DNA of 64,000 nt from a bacterium UBP13_UBA5359 (GCA_002410925.1 DHPR01000013.1:1-64000), one strand, 5' to 3'. Positions 19,069-29,051 are shown, counted from the stretch's first letter. Notes: generated by a model not told the origin, from the sequence alone. Made by a program: numbers and translations.

Positions 19069-21141
19069 TTGTTTAAATGCAGTTATCGCCTCATCATTAT
19101 ACTTTTATTCGCGCTGTTATGGCCGTTGTCTCCATCAGCTTTTGTCGCTGCGGAAGATATTGCCAGGCTATCTGTCGATACACAGCAGCAAGCTGTGGAG
19201 GCAGCTATTGCCAGGGTAAAACCTGCATTGGTACGTATTCATGTGGTATCGGCAACCTATTATAGAGGGCGTGAAGAGAAGGTTGAGAGCTATGGCAGCG
19301 GAGTCATTGTTTCGGAAGATGGATATGTGGTAACCAATCATCATGTGGCCGGCAACGCCAGGTATATAAGCTGTACCATGGCTGACAGGGAGGAGATAGA
19401 TGCCGAATTGGTAGGGACTGATCCGCAGACCGATATAGCTGTAATTCGTCTTTGCCCGGATAAGCCTAAACGCTTTCCTTTTGCTCTTTTCGGTGATTCA
19501 GCAAAGGTCAAAGTGGGCGATATTGTTCTAGCCATGGGAAGTCCCCTGGCCTTCTCACAATCCGTTACCAGAGGTGTGGTCAGTAATACCGAGCTCACCA
19601 TGTCCGATATGTTTAATGAGATGCTTGAGCTCGATGGAGAAGATGTCGGTTCGATTGTTGTTTGGATAGCGCATGACGCTGATATTTACGGCGGTAATTC
19701 CGGCGGACCGCTGGTGAATTTGGAAGGTAAGATTATAGGTATAAACGAAATCAGTGTTGGTTTGGGAGGAGCCATACCGGGCAACCTGGCATCCGAAATA
19801 GCCGCCGGGTTGATCTCAGAGGGACGGGTGCGCCGAAGCTGGCTGGGAATTAGCGTGCAGCCTCTGCTGAAGAGCTCAACGGAGAGGAGGGGGGTATTGA
19901 TTTCCGACGTCATGCAGGGATCGCCGGCGCATAAAGCCGGCGTTCAATCCGGCGATATATTAGTTAAGCTTGGTAAACAGCCGGTAGATGTTCGCTTCAG
20001 AGAAGAGATGCCCGCTTTTAATCGTTGTGTGGCGGCTCTGGAGATAGGCAAAGAGATCGAAATGACTCTTATTCGGCAGGAGAAGGAATTATCTTTGAGT
20101 GTGATTGCAGAAGAGCGTCCTTCCACAATGGAAAGGGTAAGGGAAGAGAAGATATGGGGTATATGCGCCTGCGATATAACGCCGATGCGAGCCCGGCGAA
20201 TAGGACGCAGCTCCCTTTCCGGTGTGCTGGTAAAATCGGTACGCACCGGCAGCCCCTGCGATAATGCCAAGCCCTCTCTGGAAGTTGATGATATTATAGT
20301 ATCGGTTGCCGGTAAACCTGTTGCTACAGTCGATGAATTGGCCGGCATAACTGAAGAATTATTAAAGGGCGAGACGGAGCAGATATCCGTGCTGGTAGAG
20401 TTTGAGCGTAAAGAGAGTAATTATTTGACAGTGGTTAAAATAGGCCCGGATGATTCCCGTGATCAGGGGTTAGAAGTAGTTAAGGCCTGGGTGCCGGCAG
20501 GGATACAGGTATTGACTGTAGATATGGCGTCCGCGCTGGGGTTGGAAGGAAAGAGAGGCGCTCGTATAGTTCAGGTGTATCCCGGCAGCAATGCGGAAAA
20601 AGCCGGACTCAAGGTGGGAGATATAATTGTAGCTCTGGACGGGCAGCCTATCGAGGCCACCCGGCAAGAGGATATTGAGGTCTTACCTACCATGATAAGG
20701 CAATACAGGATAGGCAGCGTTGTAGAATTAACAGTGCTGCGTAATGCCAGGCAACTGGCACTGCAGATGAAGCTGCCGGCTGCTCCTAAGCCTGCACGCG
20801 AGATGGATAGGTATCGTTGCGAAGATTATGATTTTTCCGTCCGTGGCATAGCCTTTATGGACAGAATAAAAGAGGGCTGGTCTGAAAAGCAGACGGGAGT
20901 CATTGCCGAGGCCGTTGATGATGGCGGATGGGCCTCTCTGGGAGGCCTGGTTTCAGGCGATTTGATCCGTGCCGTAGGCGGATATGTTGTTAATGATGTA
21001 GCCGGATTCGAAAGGATTATGCAACAGGTTATGGCAGAGAGCAGCCGAACGATCGCTGTTCAGGTGGAACGGAAGCGCCAGAATATATACCTCGAGTTGC
21101 AGGCGGCAAAAAACCGAAAGCGGTGTCCGAATAATCGTTAA
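19069..21141 (+). CDS. HtrA/DegP-family serine protease with about 4 PDZ domains, secreted
   Basis: Signal peptide; triad TNHHV / DPQTDIAV / GNSGGP; repeated PDZ motifs (GSPAHKAGVQSGDIL, GSNAEKAGLKVGDII, GGLVSGDLI). Confidence 0.88.
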   Translation: MFKCSYRLIIILLFALLWPLSPSAFVAAEDIARLSVDTQQQAVEAAIARVKPALVRIHVVSATYYRGREEKVESYGSGVIVSEDGYVVTNHHVAGNARYISCTMADREEIDAELVGTDPQTDIAVIRLCPDKPKRFPFALFGDSAKVKVGDIVLAMGSPLAFSQSVTRGVVSNTELTMSDMFNEMLELDGEDVGSIVVWIAHDADIYGGNSGGPLVNLEGKIIGINEISVGLGGAIPGNLASEIAAGLISEGRVRRSWLGISVQPLLKSSTERRGVLISDVMQGSPAHKAGVQSGDILVKLGKQPVDVRFREEMPAFNRCVAALEIGKEIEMTLIRQEKELSLSVIAEERPSTMERVREEKIWGICACDITPMRARRIGRSSLSGVLVKSVRTGSPCDNAKPSLEVDDIIVSVAGKPVATVDELAGITEELLKGETEQISVLVEFERKESNYLTVVKIGPDDSRDQGLEVVKAWVPAGIQVLTVDMASALGLEGKRGARIVQVYPGSNAEKAGLKVGDIIVALDGQPIEATRQEDIEVLPTMIRQYRIGSVVELTVLRNARQLALQMKLPAAPKPAREMDRYRCEDYDFSVRGIAFMDRIKEGWSEKQTGVIAEAVDDGGWASLGGLVSGDLIRAVGGYVVNDVAGFERIMQQVMAESSRTIAVQVERKRQNIYLELQAAKNRKRCPNNR

Positions 21142-21190
21142 TAATGAATAATATCCTAATATCGTTGGAGATTCGAAAAGGAGGCTTTCT

Positions 21191-21997
21191 GTGTCGATAC
21201 GTAATACGAGTATATTTATGGTCTTGGTATGCTTCTTCTCCGTTCTCTTTGCAGCTTTACCGGTAGAGAGCGATGATGCCTCTCTTTGCAGGGAGATTAT
21301 CCTTAAAAATCAGTCTGCCGTGGTAACTCTGGAAGTTGTGGCGGTCAATAGAGTAAGCATGTTCGGTGAGGAGCGTAAGAGTGAGAACAAGAGCGAGGCT
21401 ACAGGCATGATTATCGATCCTTCCGGGCTTATTGTAAGCTCTCTGGCGATGATCAATCCATCCGAGTTTTTCAGCGAAATCTTCTCTTCCATCTCTGCAG
21501 AGGGCGATATCAAGCAGAGCGGAGAGATTACCGGTCTGAAAATTTTGCTGCCCGGCGGCCAAGAAATTCCCGCCAGAGTAGTGTTACGTGATAGAGATCT
21601 CGACTTGGTTTTTATCAGTCCGCTGAAAAAGCCGGATAAGCCTCTGCCGTTTATGGATCTGAATCAGATATCAGCGCCCGCTCTTCTTGACCAGGTGCTC
21701 TTGCTGGGTCGTTTAGGCGTGGTGGCGAACCGTACCATTTGTGTCGATCTCTGTCGGGTTAGAGCCATAATTGAGAGGCCCCGTACTTTTTTTGTGTTGA
21801 ATGACGCCAATAATTACGGGGGGCCTGCCTTTACAACCGATGGCAAGTTGCTTGGTATTACAACCATACGCAAGCTTCCCCAGGGAGCCGTTTCCTCATC
21901 AGGCATGGGTAATAATATCCTTCCGGTAGTTCTGCCGGTTGCAGATGTAGCGGAAGTTGCCAGGGAAGCTCTGGCAGCAATAAAGAAGAAACGGTAG
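21191..21997 (+). CDS. Secreted trypsin-like (S1C) fold protein lacking catalytic His/Ser
   Basis: ATGMIIDPSGLIVSS, ARVVLRDRDLDL, YGGPAFTTDGKLLGI align with the HtrA protease domain; no PDZ. Confidence 0.7.
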   Translation: MSIRNTSIFMVLVCFFSVLFAALPVESDDASLCREIILKNQSAVVTLEVVAVNRVSMFGEERKSENKSEATGMIIDPSGLIVSSLAMINPSEFFSEIFSSISAEGDIKQSGEITGLKILLPGGQEIPARVVLRDRDLDLVFISPLKKPDKPLPFMDLNQISAPALLDQVLLLGRLGVVANRTICVDLCRVRAIIERPRTFFVLNDANNYGGPAFTTDGKLLGITTIRKLPQGAVSSSGMGNNILPVVLPVADVAEVAREALAAIKKKR

Positions 21998-22066
21998 GCT
22001 CAGGCTCGTTACTTAAGCCAAGGCGCATAGGCCTTTGCAAACAAGCTTGGATATCCTGGGCCTTTA

Positions 22067-22807
22067 CTATCTTATCATCAGATTTAAAGCAGCCAGAAGA
22101 GCCAATATCTGCGCTGCCTGGATAAATCTCTTCTCCGGGATGCGTTTCAGAATGACTATGCCGATAACGGCACCGGCAGCTACCACCGGGAAGAGCAGCA
22201 GGTTGAATGACAAAGAACCGCTGTTTATCAAGCCCAGCTTGAGGCTGAAAGGCACTTTAAACCAGTTTAGCAAGAAGAAATACCAGGCGCCTGTTCCTAT
22301 AAATTCCATTTTTGGCAGGCGCATGGCCAGCAAGTAGATAATCATGATAGGCCCGGCAGCATTGGCCAGCATAGTAGTAATGCCTGCTGCCAGGCCCATC
22401 AGGCAGGCGAAACTCCATTCGTTAGGAATATCCCTTTGCATACTATATTTTTCTCGCCAGAAGTTGATTCCCAGCATAACGAGCGTTATGGCTCCGATTA
22501 TAGGCTTAAGCTGTTGATCCTCTATTTTACCCATTATAAGATAACCGCAGATTATGCCTGCGGCAGCCCATGGGATAAGACGTATCAAGTGTGTCCAAAG
22601 AGCCCTTCTGCGATAATAAACTACTGCGAAGGCATCAGCAAATATAAGCATGGGCAATACTATGCCGGTGGAAATGCGGGCAGGAAAGACGTTTGCCATA
22701 AGCGGCACAGCCAATATTCCCAGACCGGGCAAGGCTGTTTTAGATAAGCCGAAAATTAGAGCGCTGGCTATGGCCGCAGTCCACTGAATAAAAGATAGAT
22801 TGTACAT
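22067..22807 (-). CDS. TauE/SafE (DUF81) family membrane protein
   Basis: GLSKTALPGLG, AGITTMLANAAGP, FIGTGAWYFF; about 8 TM; start moved to ATG 22807. Confidence 0.85.
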   Translation of the reverse strand: MYNLSFIQWTAAIASALIFGLSKTALPGLGILAVPLMANVFPARISTGIVLPMLIFADAFAVVYYRRRALWTHLIRLIPWAAAGIICGYLIMGKIEDQQLKPIIGAITLVMLGINFWREKYSMQRDIPNEWSFACLMGLAAGITTMLANAAGPIMIIYLLAMRLPKMEFIGTGAWYFFLLNWFKVPFSLKLGLINSGSLSFNLLLFPVVAAGAVIGIVILKRIPEKRFIQAAQILALLAALNLMIR

Positions 22808-22983
22808 GGTCGGCAGGGTTCCTTCCTGTAGGATAAGCGCCTTGATTATACCACCTGCGGGCAGATCATTACATACCTGTGTGCATAATGCACGCAGTGA
22901 TAGCGGATGTTTATTTCCTCTTAACCAGGGTAAAGATTGATTGGATCGGTTACATGAGAAACTCAGCCTGCGATGTGAGGAAT

Positions 22984-23940
22984 ATGACACTCTGCTTAAA
23001 ACGCTTGTTGAAACGCCAACTATACAGTATCATAACCTTGCAGGACGAATGGTCTATAGGTATCTACTCGGGCAATTCTCCCCTCTCTCTGAGTCCGTGC
23101 AGTAATCTAAAAAACCCTGTTCTTACGGTAGCCGATATTACTGATATACCGGCCGCAGCTGTAGCAGATCCCTTTGTTCTTCGCAGAAATGAAGGTTGGT
23201 ACCTCTTTTTTGAAGTTGTAAATGCCGATAATGGACGAGGATCTATCGGTTATGCTGTCAGTGATGACGGATATAGCTGGAGGTACGGGCGTATCGTCCT
23301 GGAGGAACCCTTTCACCTTTCATATCCTTATGTTTTTGAGTGGGATGGCCTATATTATATGTTACCTGAAGCCTCTGCTTCAGGCTCTCTCAGGCTTTAT
23401 AAAGCAACAGATTTCCCTGAAAAATGGGTCTTTGCAGGTAATTTGAAAGAAGGAAATTTTGTCGATCCGTGTATATTTTTACACGATAAGAGATGGTGGC
23501 TGCTGACATCGACAGGATGGAAGGACAGGATAGATATCCTCTGTCTCTTTTATGCAGATCGGCCTACAGGACCATGGCATGAGCATCCTCAAAATCCCTT
23601 TGTCCGCGCCGATAGAAGATTCTGCAGATGCGGAGGTAGAATCACATTTGTGGACGGCCGCATCATACGCTACGTTCAGGATGATTATCCTACTTACGGT
23701 TATCAGGTTTGGGCCTTTGAGATAACCGAATTATCCATCTCCCGATATGCCGAAAGGCCTCTTGCGGCCAAGCCGGTTATCGGCGGTAACGGCAGAGGGT
23801 GGAACGCTGAAGGCATGCATAACATCGACCCCTATCGCCTCGGTAAGGATAACTGGCTGGCATTTGTCGATGGCTACAGAGTGGTCAGACCGGGCAGGCT
23901 TTATACTCCTTTGCTAAAAGAGATGCAAAATGTCTGGTAA
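22984..23940 (+). CDS. GH43-like beta-propeller protein (GINT1 N-terminal-like), polysaccharide-locus associated
   Basis: VADPF, YLFFE, HLSYPYVFE, YMLPE, FVDP, RCGG, GMHNID motifs; ATG 22984 has a GAGG SD. Confidence 0.7.
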   Translation: MTLCLKRLLKRQLYSIITLQDEWSIGIYSGNSPLSLSPCSNLKNPVLTVADITDIPAAAVADPFVLRRNEGWYLFFEVVNADNGRGSIGYAVSDDGYSWRYGRIVLEEPFHLSYPYVFEWDGLYYMLPEASASGSLRLYKATDFPEKWVFAGNLKEGNFVDPCIFLHDKRWWLLTSTGWKDRIDILCLFYADRPTGPWHEHPQNPFVRADRRFCRCGGRITFVDGRIIRYVQDDYPTYGYQVWAFEITELSISRYAERPLAAKPVIGGNGRGWNAEGMHNIDPYRLGKDNWLAFVDGYRVVRPGRLYTPLLKEMQNVW

Positions 23941-25075
23941 CAGGGTTCTCATCATCAATTTATGCTCGGCCGATTATCCGGGCGGAGTAGAGCGGGTTCT
24001 GGCGTCAATTGAAGCTCTTCTTGCCCAGGTCGGATATAAGGTAGATTGGCTGGTGGAAGAAGCACTTTCCCCCAGACAGATCCTTCTTCTCGCTATCCTA
24101 TCCTGGCTAAGGCTTAAAGAATTTGCAATCAATATAATGTTTGCTCACAAGCTTAGCCGATGCGGAGAGTATGCCGCCATTATAACAAACGGTTTTTACG
24201 GTACGCATATCAAACGCAAATGCTGTATACATATCTATCACGGTACGGTGGCCGGCTATAGAAGAGCAGTGGCGAGTCGTCTCTCTTTTTTTAGTCATCT
24301 ACGTCTGCGATCCATGGAGATACTGGAGCGTTTCAGCGGCCGCGGTAAAATAGTAGTGGCCGTATCCGAGCACTGTGCTAAGGAGCTCAAGCGATATTAT
24401 GGGCTCAGCGCGTCGCATATCATAGAGAATGCCGTTGATACCTCTTTCTTTACCCCCGTTTCCGATAAAGAGCGTAAGATGAACAGGCAAAGTCTCTTTG
24501 AATCGGATGCGCCGGTGATCATTTTCGTCGGTCGGGTTGAATATGCCAAAGGCGCCGATATTCTCAATGAGATTATTTATCTGTCACAGAAAAAATATAA
24601 TTTCCTGATATGTGCCGGTGAGTTGGAAGAGGTCTATAGAATAAGGGATGCCTCAAATGTGATTTATATGCTGGGATTGAATCCGGCAGCAATGAAAACC
24701 GCATACGGGTCCGCAGATGTTTTTCTGTTGCCCAGCCGATATGAAGGATACGGGCTGGCTGTTGCCGAGGCTTTGTCTGCCGGTATTCCGGTAGTGGGAA
24801 GCAAGGTGGGGCTGATGGCGGATATTCACAAAAGCAATCCCGTGATCGGACACTATATTCTGGATAGGGATGCCGATCTCTCTGAATATCTCCAGCGAAT
24901 AGATGAAGCCGTTGCAGATCGAGAACGGCTGTCGCTTCTTTCCAGAGAGTATATTCTGCAGCTCCATGATCCGGAGCTTTACAGCAAGAGATGGCAGCAG
25001 ATAGTCTTTGATTTGAATAAGTCAAATATAGCTGATAATAGCCCTGAATTTACCGTTTTCTTCCCGAGGGATTGA
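23930..25075 (+). CDS. Glycosyltransferase family 4
   Basis: GGVER, IENAVD, FVGRVEYAKG, PSRYEGYGLAVAEA (E-x7-E). Confidence 0.9.
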   Translation: MSGNRVLIINLCSADYPGGVERVLASIEALLAQVGYKVDWLVEEALSPRQILLLAILSWLRLKEFAINIMFAHKLSRCGEYAAIITNGFYGTHIKRKCCIHIYHGTVAGYRRAVASRLSFFSHLRLRSMEILERFSGRGKIVVAVSEHCAKELKRYYGLSASHIIENAVDTSFFTPVSDKERKMNRQSLFESDAPVIIFVGRVEYAKGADILNEIIYLSQKKYNFLICAGELEEVYRIRDASNVIYMLGLNPAAMKTAYGSADVFLLPSRYEGYGLAVAEALSAGIPVVGSKVGLMADIHKSNPVIGHYILDRDADLSEYLQRIDEAVADRERLSLLSREYILQLHDPELYSKRWQQIVFDLNKSNIADNSPEFTVFFPRD

Positions 25076-26419
25076 ATGCAACTCGCGAATGTTAAGGGTG
25101 ATGTTCTGTCCCAGCATATCCTCTATATTTCTTTCGATAATGCTTCCAAGATTCTTTTCATATCCGAAAGAGGGCACGATATTGATAGTGAATGATGAAG
25201 CATTCGTCCTTATGAGTTGAGCCGCCAGGACTCCCGGCAGGCTGGACAGCATATGATAGAGAGCAGTATTAATGCATCCTCCCTCGCCGATAATCATATC
25301 TTCATAACGGCTGACGCTATCCTGCAATGGTGGCAATGTATCCCGTCCGCAGGGGCAGCTTTTTTCCGCCCAGGCAGCCATATCGCCGCTACGATATCGT
25401 ATGAATATTTGATTAACGTTGGCAAAGCCGGTGACCACCATCTCACCGGTTTCACCTTTTTTCGTCGGGCTTCCGTCCGGCCTGAGTATCTCCACTAAAC
25501 CGAAATCCGGATTGATATGCAGGGTGCCGTATTCACATTCAGTTGCCAGAGCGCAGTTCTCCGAGCTGCCGTATTCCTGAATGACTCTGGTGCGAAAGAT
25601 ACTCTCCATGATGGGACGCATGGAGTGTTCAAGTCGCTCCCCACTGGCAATTATAGCTTTAGGAGCATGCACTTCAAGCTGAAATTCATTTATCAATTGT
25701 GCCAGAAAGTAATGCCCGGAAGAATATCCCATCATGATCGAAGGCTTGAAATCATTTAATTTATCCGCAAAAGCCTTCGCATTATCTGAATTGATATGAA
25801 AAGCTGAAAGATAGAGCTGCTGTTCCCAGCGGTTGTGTCTCCAGAAAGGCGGATAGGAGTTATTGGCTGAAACTACCTTGCGTCCTCCTATTACCGTCCG
25901 GGGTTGATGATAGCTCACATTAGCCCATCTGAGCGAGCGTGCCTCTCTGACCCCTCCGGTATGCTGGTGCATAGCGGCATCCACATAAATCCTGATACGT
26001 TTGCCGGCGGTGCCGCTGGTATAAATATGAAAAAAAAGGCCGGGTTTCCGTCTGGCCTCTTCTGTGAGCAGGATATCAGGATCGTTGTGCACTACGGCTT
26101 TCTCCAGCAAGGGCAGTTTTTTGAGATCGCCGCTTGTAAAGGTATCTAGCATATGTGCGGTAATGCCGTATTCGCTAAAGATGCGACGATAATAGGGCAC
26201 GCTGATATAGGCCAGCTTCAATTGCCGGCGCAGCCTGTCTTCCACAAAATCCGTCATTCTGTCGGCCGGCCATCTCTCACGCTCAGAATACTCTCGCTGC
26301 ATCCTTTCGAAGACCGGTCCGAATCTTTGCCGTGCCTGATACCATCCAAAGAGATCTATTCCATATTGTTGCAAGTTTACCGGTAACAAGCGAAAGAACT
26401 GATGAAAATGTTCATTCAT
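25022..26419 (-). CDS. CapK-like / phenylacetate-CoA ligase-family adenylating enzyme (polysaccharide modification)
   Basis: VPYYR, LPLLEK, TSGTAG, EYGSSE, IRYRSGD, CPCGR, GKFR; the usual TSGxTG and G-R-x-x-D motifs are slightly degenerate. Confidence 0.78.
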   Translation of the reverse strand: MNEHFHQFFRLLPVNLQQYGIDLFGWYQARQRFGPVFERMQREYSERERWPADRMTDFVEDRLRRQLKLAYISVPYYRRIFSEYGITAHMLDTFTSGDLKKLPLLEKAVVHNDPDILLTEEARRKPGLFFHIYTSGTAGKRIRIYVDAAMHQHTGGVREARSLRWANVSYHQPRTVIGGRKVVSANNSYPPFWRHNRWEQQLYLSAFHINSDNAKAFADKLNDFKPSIMMGYSSGHYFLAQLINEFQLEVHAPKAIIASGERLEHSMRPIMESIFRTRVIQEYGSSENCALATECEYGTLHINPDFGLVEILRPDGSPTKKGETGEMVVTGFANVNQIFIRYRSGDMAAWAEKSCPCGRDTLPPLQDSVSRYEDMIIGEGGCINTALYHMLSSLPGVLAAQLIRTNASSFTINIVPSFGYEKNLGSIIERNIEDMLGQNITLNIRELHSIPREENGKFRAIISYI

Positions 26420-26589
26420 AAATCACGGCTCCTTGTATAAAGGATTATAGAGATTACCTCTTTTCATAATTCGTCCGATTGCTGCATAATACATTTTCTA
26501 TACTCTTTTCTTTATCAAACATAGAAACTCTGCTCTCGCAATCAGCATTATTTATACCCATGTCGTCACAATCATTATCACCCGATATA

Positions 26590-27948
26590 TCAATCATTCT
26601 TTTGCCTGCCGTATAACGCTGCCGCTTTCAGACGATAGGTATTGATCAAACTGCGTTCCTCCTTTGAAATGAGCTCAAAGCGCCATTTGAGCAGCGAACG
26701 GGTGATTACATACCATGCACTGGCAGCTGCAGTAACCGCGTATACACTGATATTGGCCAGTGCCGTTCCCATAGCTCCCCATCCCCAGGCGAGCAGACTG
26801 TAAGCCATAAGGCCAAAGATTATCGACGGCACGGAGACTTTGATAAAAGCTTCTTTAATATTCCCTTTTACCAAAATCAAAGACTGAAAGGGCCTGGTGA
26901 TGTTCAGGAAGACGACACCGATATTCATCAACAGGGCGTAAGTAAAGATGATATTCTTATCACCGTGCGGCAGTATATAATCGAGAAGAGTCTTGCCTGA
27001 TAGCATGAAGATGGCAAGTTGCAGAAGGCTGAGCACAAAACTATATTTGACTGAATGGTTAACAAGCAGATCTGCATCGCTATGACCATATCTCTTAATG
27101 AAGACGGTAACCACGCTGGATATGAGCGCAGGGACAATAAGAAAGATGCTGGTCAATTTAAGAGCTACCGTATAATTGCCTGCATCGTGATAAGATGCAA
27201 ATATGCCCAGGATAAAGGTATCGACCATCAATATGGTATCGTATGAACTCTTGTTAAGATAATTCCAGACGGCAAATCCGGCAAAGCCACGGCGGATAAG
27301 AGGATATGCTTCTTTCCAGGGCAGCAAATGCACGTGAAAAGATTTTACAAGCAACAATGTCCAGAGATAAAATCCCAACGCAGAATTGATCGTCAATATC
27401 AGCATATACAGCATAAGGCTCGGTCGGTAATAGAGAATGATTAAAGCGATGATGGAAAGCAAGCCCAGCAAGAAATTTACCGTAAAAACCAGGCGCTGCC
27501 TCAGGTCGACGGAAAAGAAGCTGCGTGAAATATCCATACCGGCAGTGAGAGCAAAGCTGATCGTCTGGCCCGATATGGCAATCAATACCAGCATACTACC
27601 TTTATGATAAGACATGAAGATACCTGATATAATTGCGACCGCCAGCATTGCCAGGCTCTGCAGCAGCCAGAAATAGTATGCGGCCGAGAAATATTCCGAT
27701 TGCCGGCCGGAGGAATCATCACGGTAGATAATACTGATAAATGAGAACTCCAAAAAGCCCAGAATGGCCAGGAAGCCTTCAGCAATACCGATTATTCCTA
27801 TGATATCCAGGTCCAGCCAGCGGGCCAGCAGAACAAAGGTAATTACGCGGAAGGCTTTGTTGCTCAATATATCGGCAAATTTATAAGCGGTGACTTGCAG
27901 TAGTTTCTGATGCATGCTGCCTCTCATAACGGAATCATTAACAATCAT
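26590..27948 (-). CDS. Polysaccharide flippase (Wzx/MOP family)
   Basis: About 12 TM; LLARWL, DTFILGIF...AGNYTVALKL, WGAMGTALA. Confidence 0.82.
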   Translation of the reverse strand: MIVNDSVMRGSMHQKLLQVTAYKFADILSNKAFRVITFVLLARWLDLDIIGIIGIAEGFLAILGFLEFSFISIIYRDDSSGRQSEYFSAAYYFWLLQSLAMLAVAIISGIFMSYHKGSMLVLIAISGQTISFALTAGMDISRSFFSVDLRQRLVFTVNFLLGLLSIIALIILYYRPSLMLYMLILTINSALGFYLWTLLLVKSFHVHLLPWKEAYPLIRRGFAGFAVWNYLNKSSYDTILMVDTFILGIFASYHDAGNYTVALKLTSIFLIVPALISSVVTVFIKRYGHSDADLLVNHSVKYSFVLSLLQLAIFMLSGKTLLDYILPHGDKNIIFTYALLMNIGVVFLNITRPFQSLILVKGNIKEAFIKVSVPSIIFGLMAYSLLAWGWGAMGTALANISVYAVTAAASAWYVITRSLLKWRFELISKEERSLINTYRLKAAALYGRQKND

Positions 27949-27979
27949 AGCTGCGCATTTTCTGTGCCGATAATTAAGA

Positions 27980-28009
27980 AAAGGAGAAAGGAACTATTAT
28001 GTCGAATTA
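27980..28009 (+). promoter_or_regulatory. SigH-like promoter
   Basis: AAAGGAGAA-12 nt-GTCGAATTA. Confidence 0.5.
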
Positions 28010-28027
28010 GTATTGAGAAATTATGAG

Positions 28028-28115
28028 TTGTGCAGGGCCGCAAGCGATTTAGTTAGCCGTTATACGGCATCGCTTGTTCGACTTAGTCGAGGGGAGGCAG
28101 TCCTGGCCCTGCCAA
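28028..28115 (+). ncRNA. Candidate structured 5' leader RNA (multi-stem junction), family not recognised
   Basis: P1 GCAGGGCC/GGCCCTGC; P2 CAAGCGAT/ATCGCTTG enclosing GCCGT/ACGGC; P3 TCGAC/GTCGA; P4 GGGA/TCCT. Confidence 0.45.
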
Positions 28116-28137
28116 TGCAGCTTTTAACTTTGGGAGA

Positions 28138-28938
28138 TTGGTTGTGCACAAAATCAAGATAATACTGTTGCTGCTTTTCCCTTTGCTTTTTTGCAACCAA
28201 TCGCCGTTACAAGCCGATCCTGCTTATAATATCAGGATTTATAAAATTCAGCACATAGTCAGGATGAAGATCGGCGAAGATAAGGCTCTATGCGACGGTA
28301 AGGCCGTGTCATTGGCTGCCGCTTCCTTTAATCTCAACGGTGTATCTTATATATCTCTTCGGGCAGCCGCCTATTTGGCAAAGGCGCAGATAAACTGGAA
28401 TAATCAGGCACGACAAGCAGAAATATCCTTTGTTGACAGATGGAGATTAAGGAAAACCCTTTATTTTCTCCCTGACGACGACCGAGCTTTTTGGGGGATT
28501 GCTTCGGCTGATATATACTCCGAGCAAATGGGCTATCCATCTATTCTCCAGCAGGGCAGGCTCTTCGTGCCCGCCAGGTATCTATCGCTCTTGTTGGGCA
28601 GAAACCTGCACTATTACAATAGAGAGATTATCTTTTATTGGAATGAGAGCAAGGCGGAAATTATCGATATCCTCGACAAGACGGATAAGGGAGATGTCCA
28701 GCTATCCATGCTCTATGCCGCAGGAGTAAATAACCCCGATCTGGTTGTCTGGCATGGCGCATCCGGACAGGGAGTATTGAAATGTGATACAGCCGCCGCC
28801 GAATATGCCGTCATAAATGGAAAGAGATACACCTGCTTCAGGCCCATCCTGCAACTTGAACCGGGGGCCAATACATTTGAAATTTTTGCCGAGCACATCT
28901 CTACCGGCATCTCCTTCACAATAAACTACGAAAAATAA
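28138..28938 (+). CDS. Secreted copper-amine-oxidase N-terminal (stalk) domain protein
   Basis: Signal peptide; two stalk-like repeats NGVSYISLRAAA...INWN and GRLFVPARYLS. Confidence 0.7.
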   Translation: MVVHKIKIILLLLFPLLFCNQSPLQADPAYNIRIYKIQHIVRMKIGEDKALCDGKAVSLAAASFNLNGVSYISLRAAAYLAKAQINWNNQARQAEISFVDRWRLRKTLYFLPDDDRAFWGIASADIYSEQMGYPSILQQGRLFVPARYLSLLLGRNLHYYNREIIFYWNESKAEIIDILDKTDKGDVQLSMLYAAGVNNPDLVVWHGASGQGVLKCDTAAAEYAVINGKRYTCFRPILQLEPGANTFEIFAEHISTGISFTINYEK

Positions 28939-29001
28939 GAGGTCAGGTCTACGCCTTTGACTCTTTTGGACAAAAGTGTCAAGGGCGTAGATCCGATCCC
29001 C
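28939..29001. repeat. Long imperfect palindrome (REP/REPIN-like element)
   Basis: GAGGTCAGGTCTACGCCTTTGACTCTTTTG ... CAAAAGTGTCAAGGGCGTAGATCCGATCCCC, about 30-bp arms. Confidence 0.65.
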
Positions 29002-29013
29002 CTCCTTTCACAA

Positions 29014-29039
29014 GTTTATCTTTGCTCCAACTCGGGTAT
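29014..29039 (+). promoter_or_regulatory. SigB-type promoter upstream of the kinase-activator-rpoN operon
   Basis: GTTTAT-14 nt-GGGTAT versus SigB consensus GTTTAA-12/14-GGGWAW. Confidence 0.6.
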
Positions 29040-29051
29040 AAATAGGATAGT

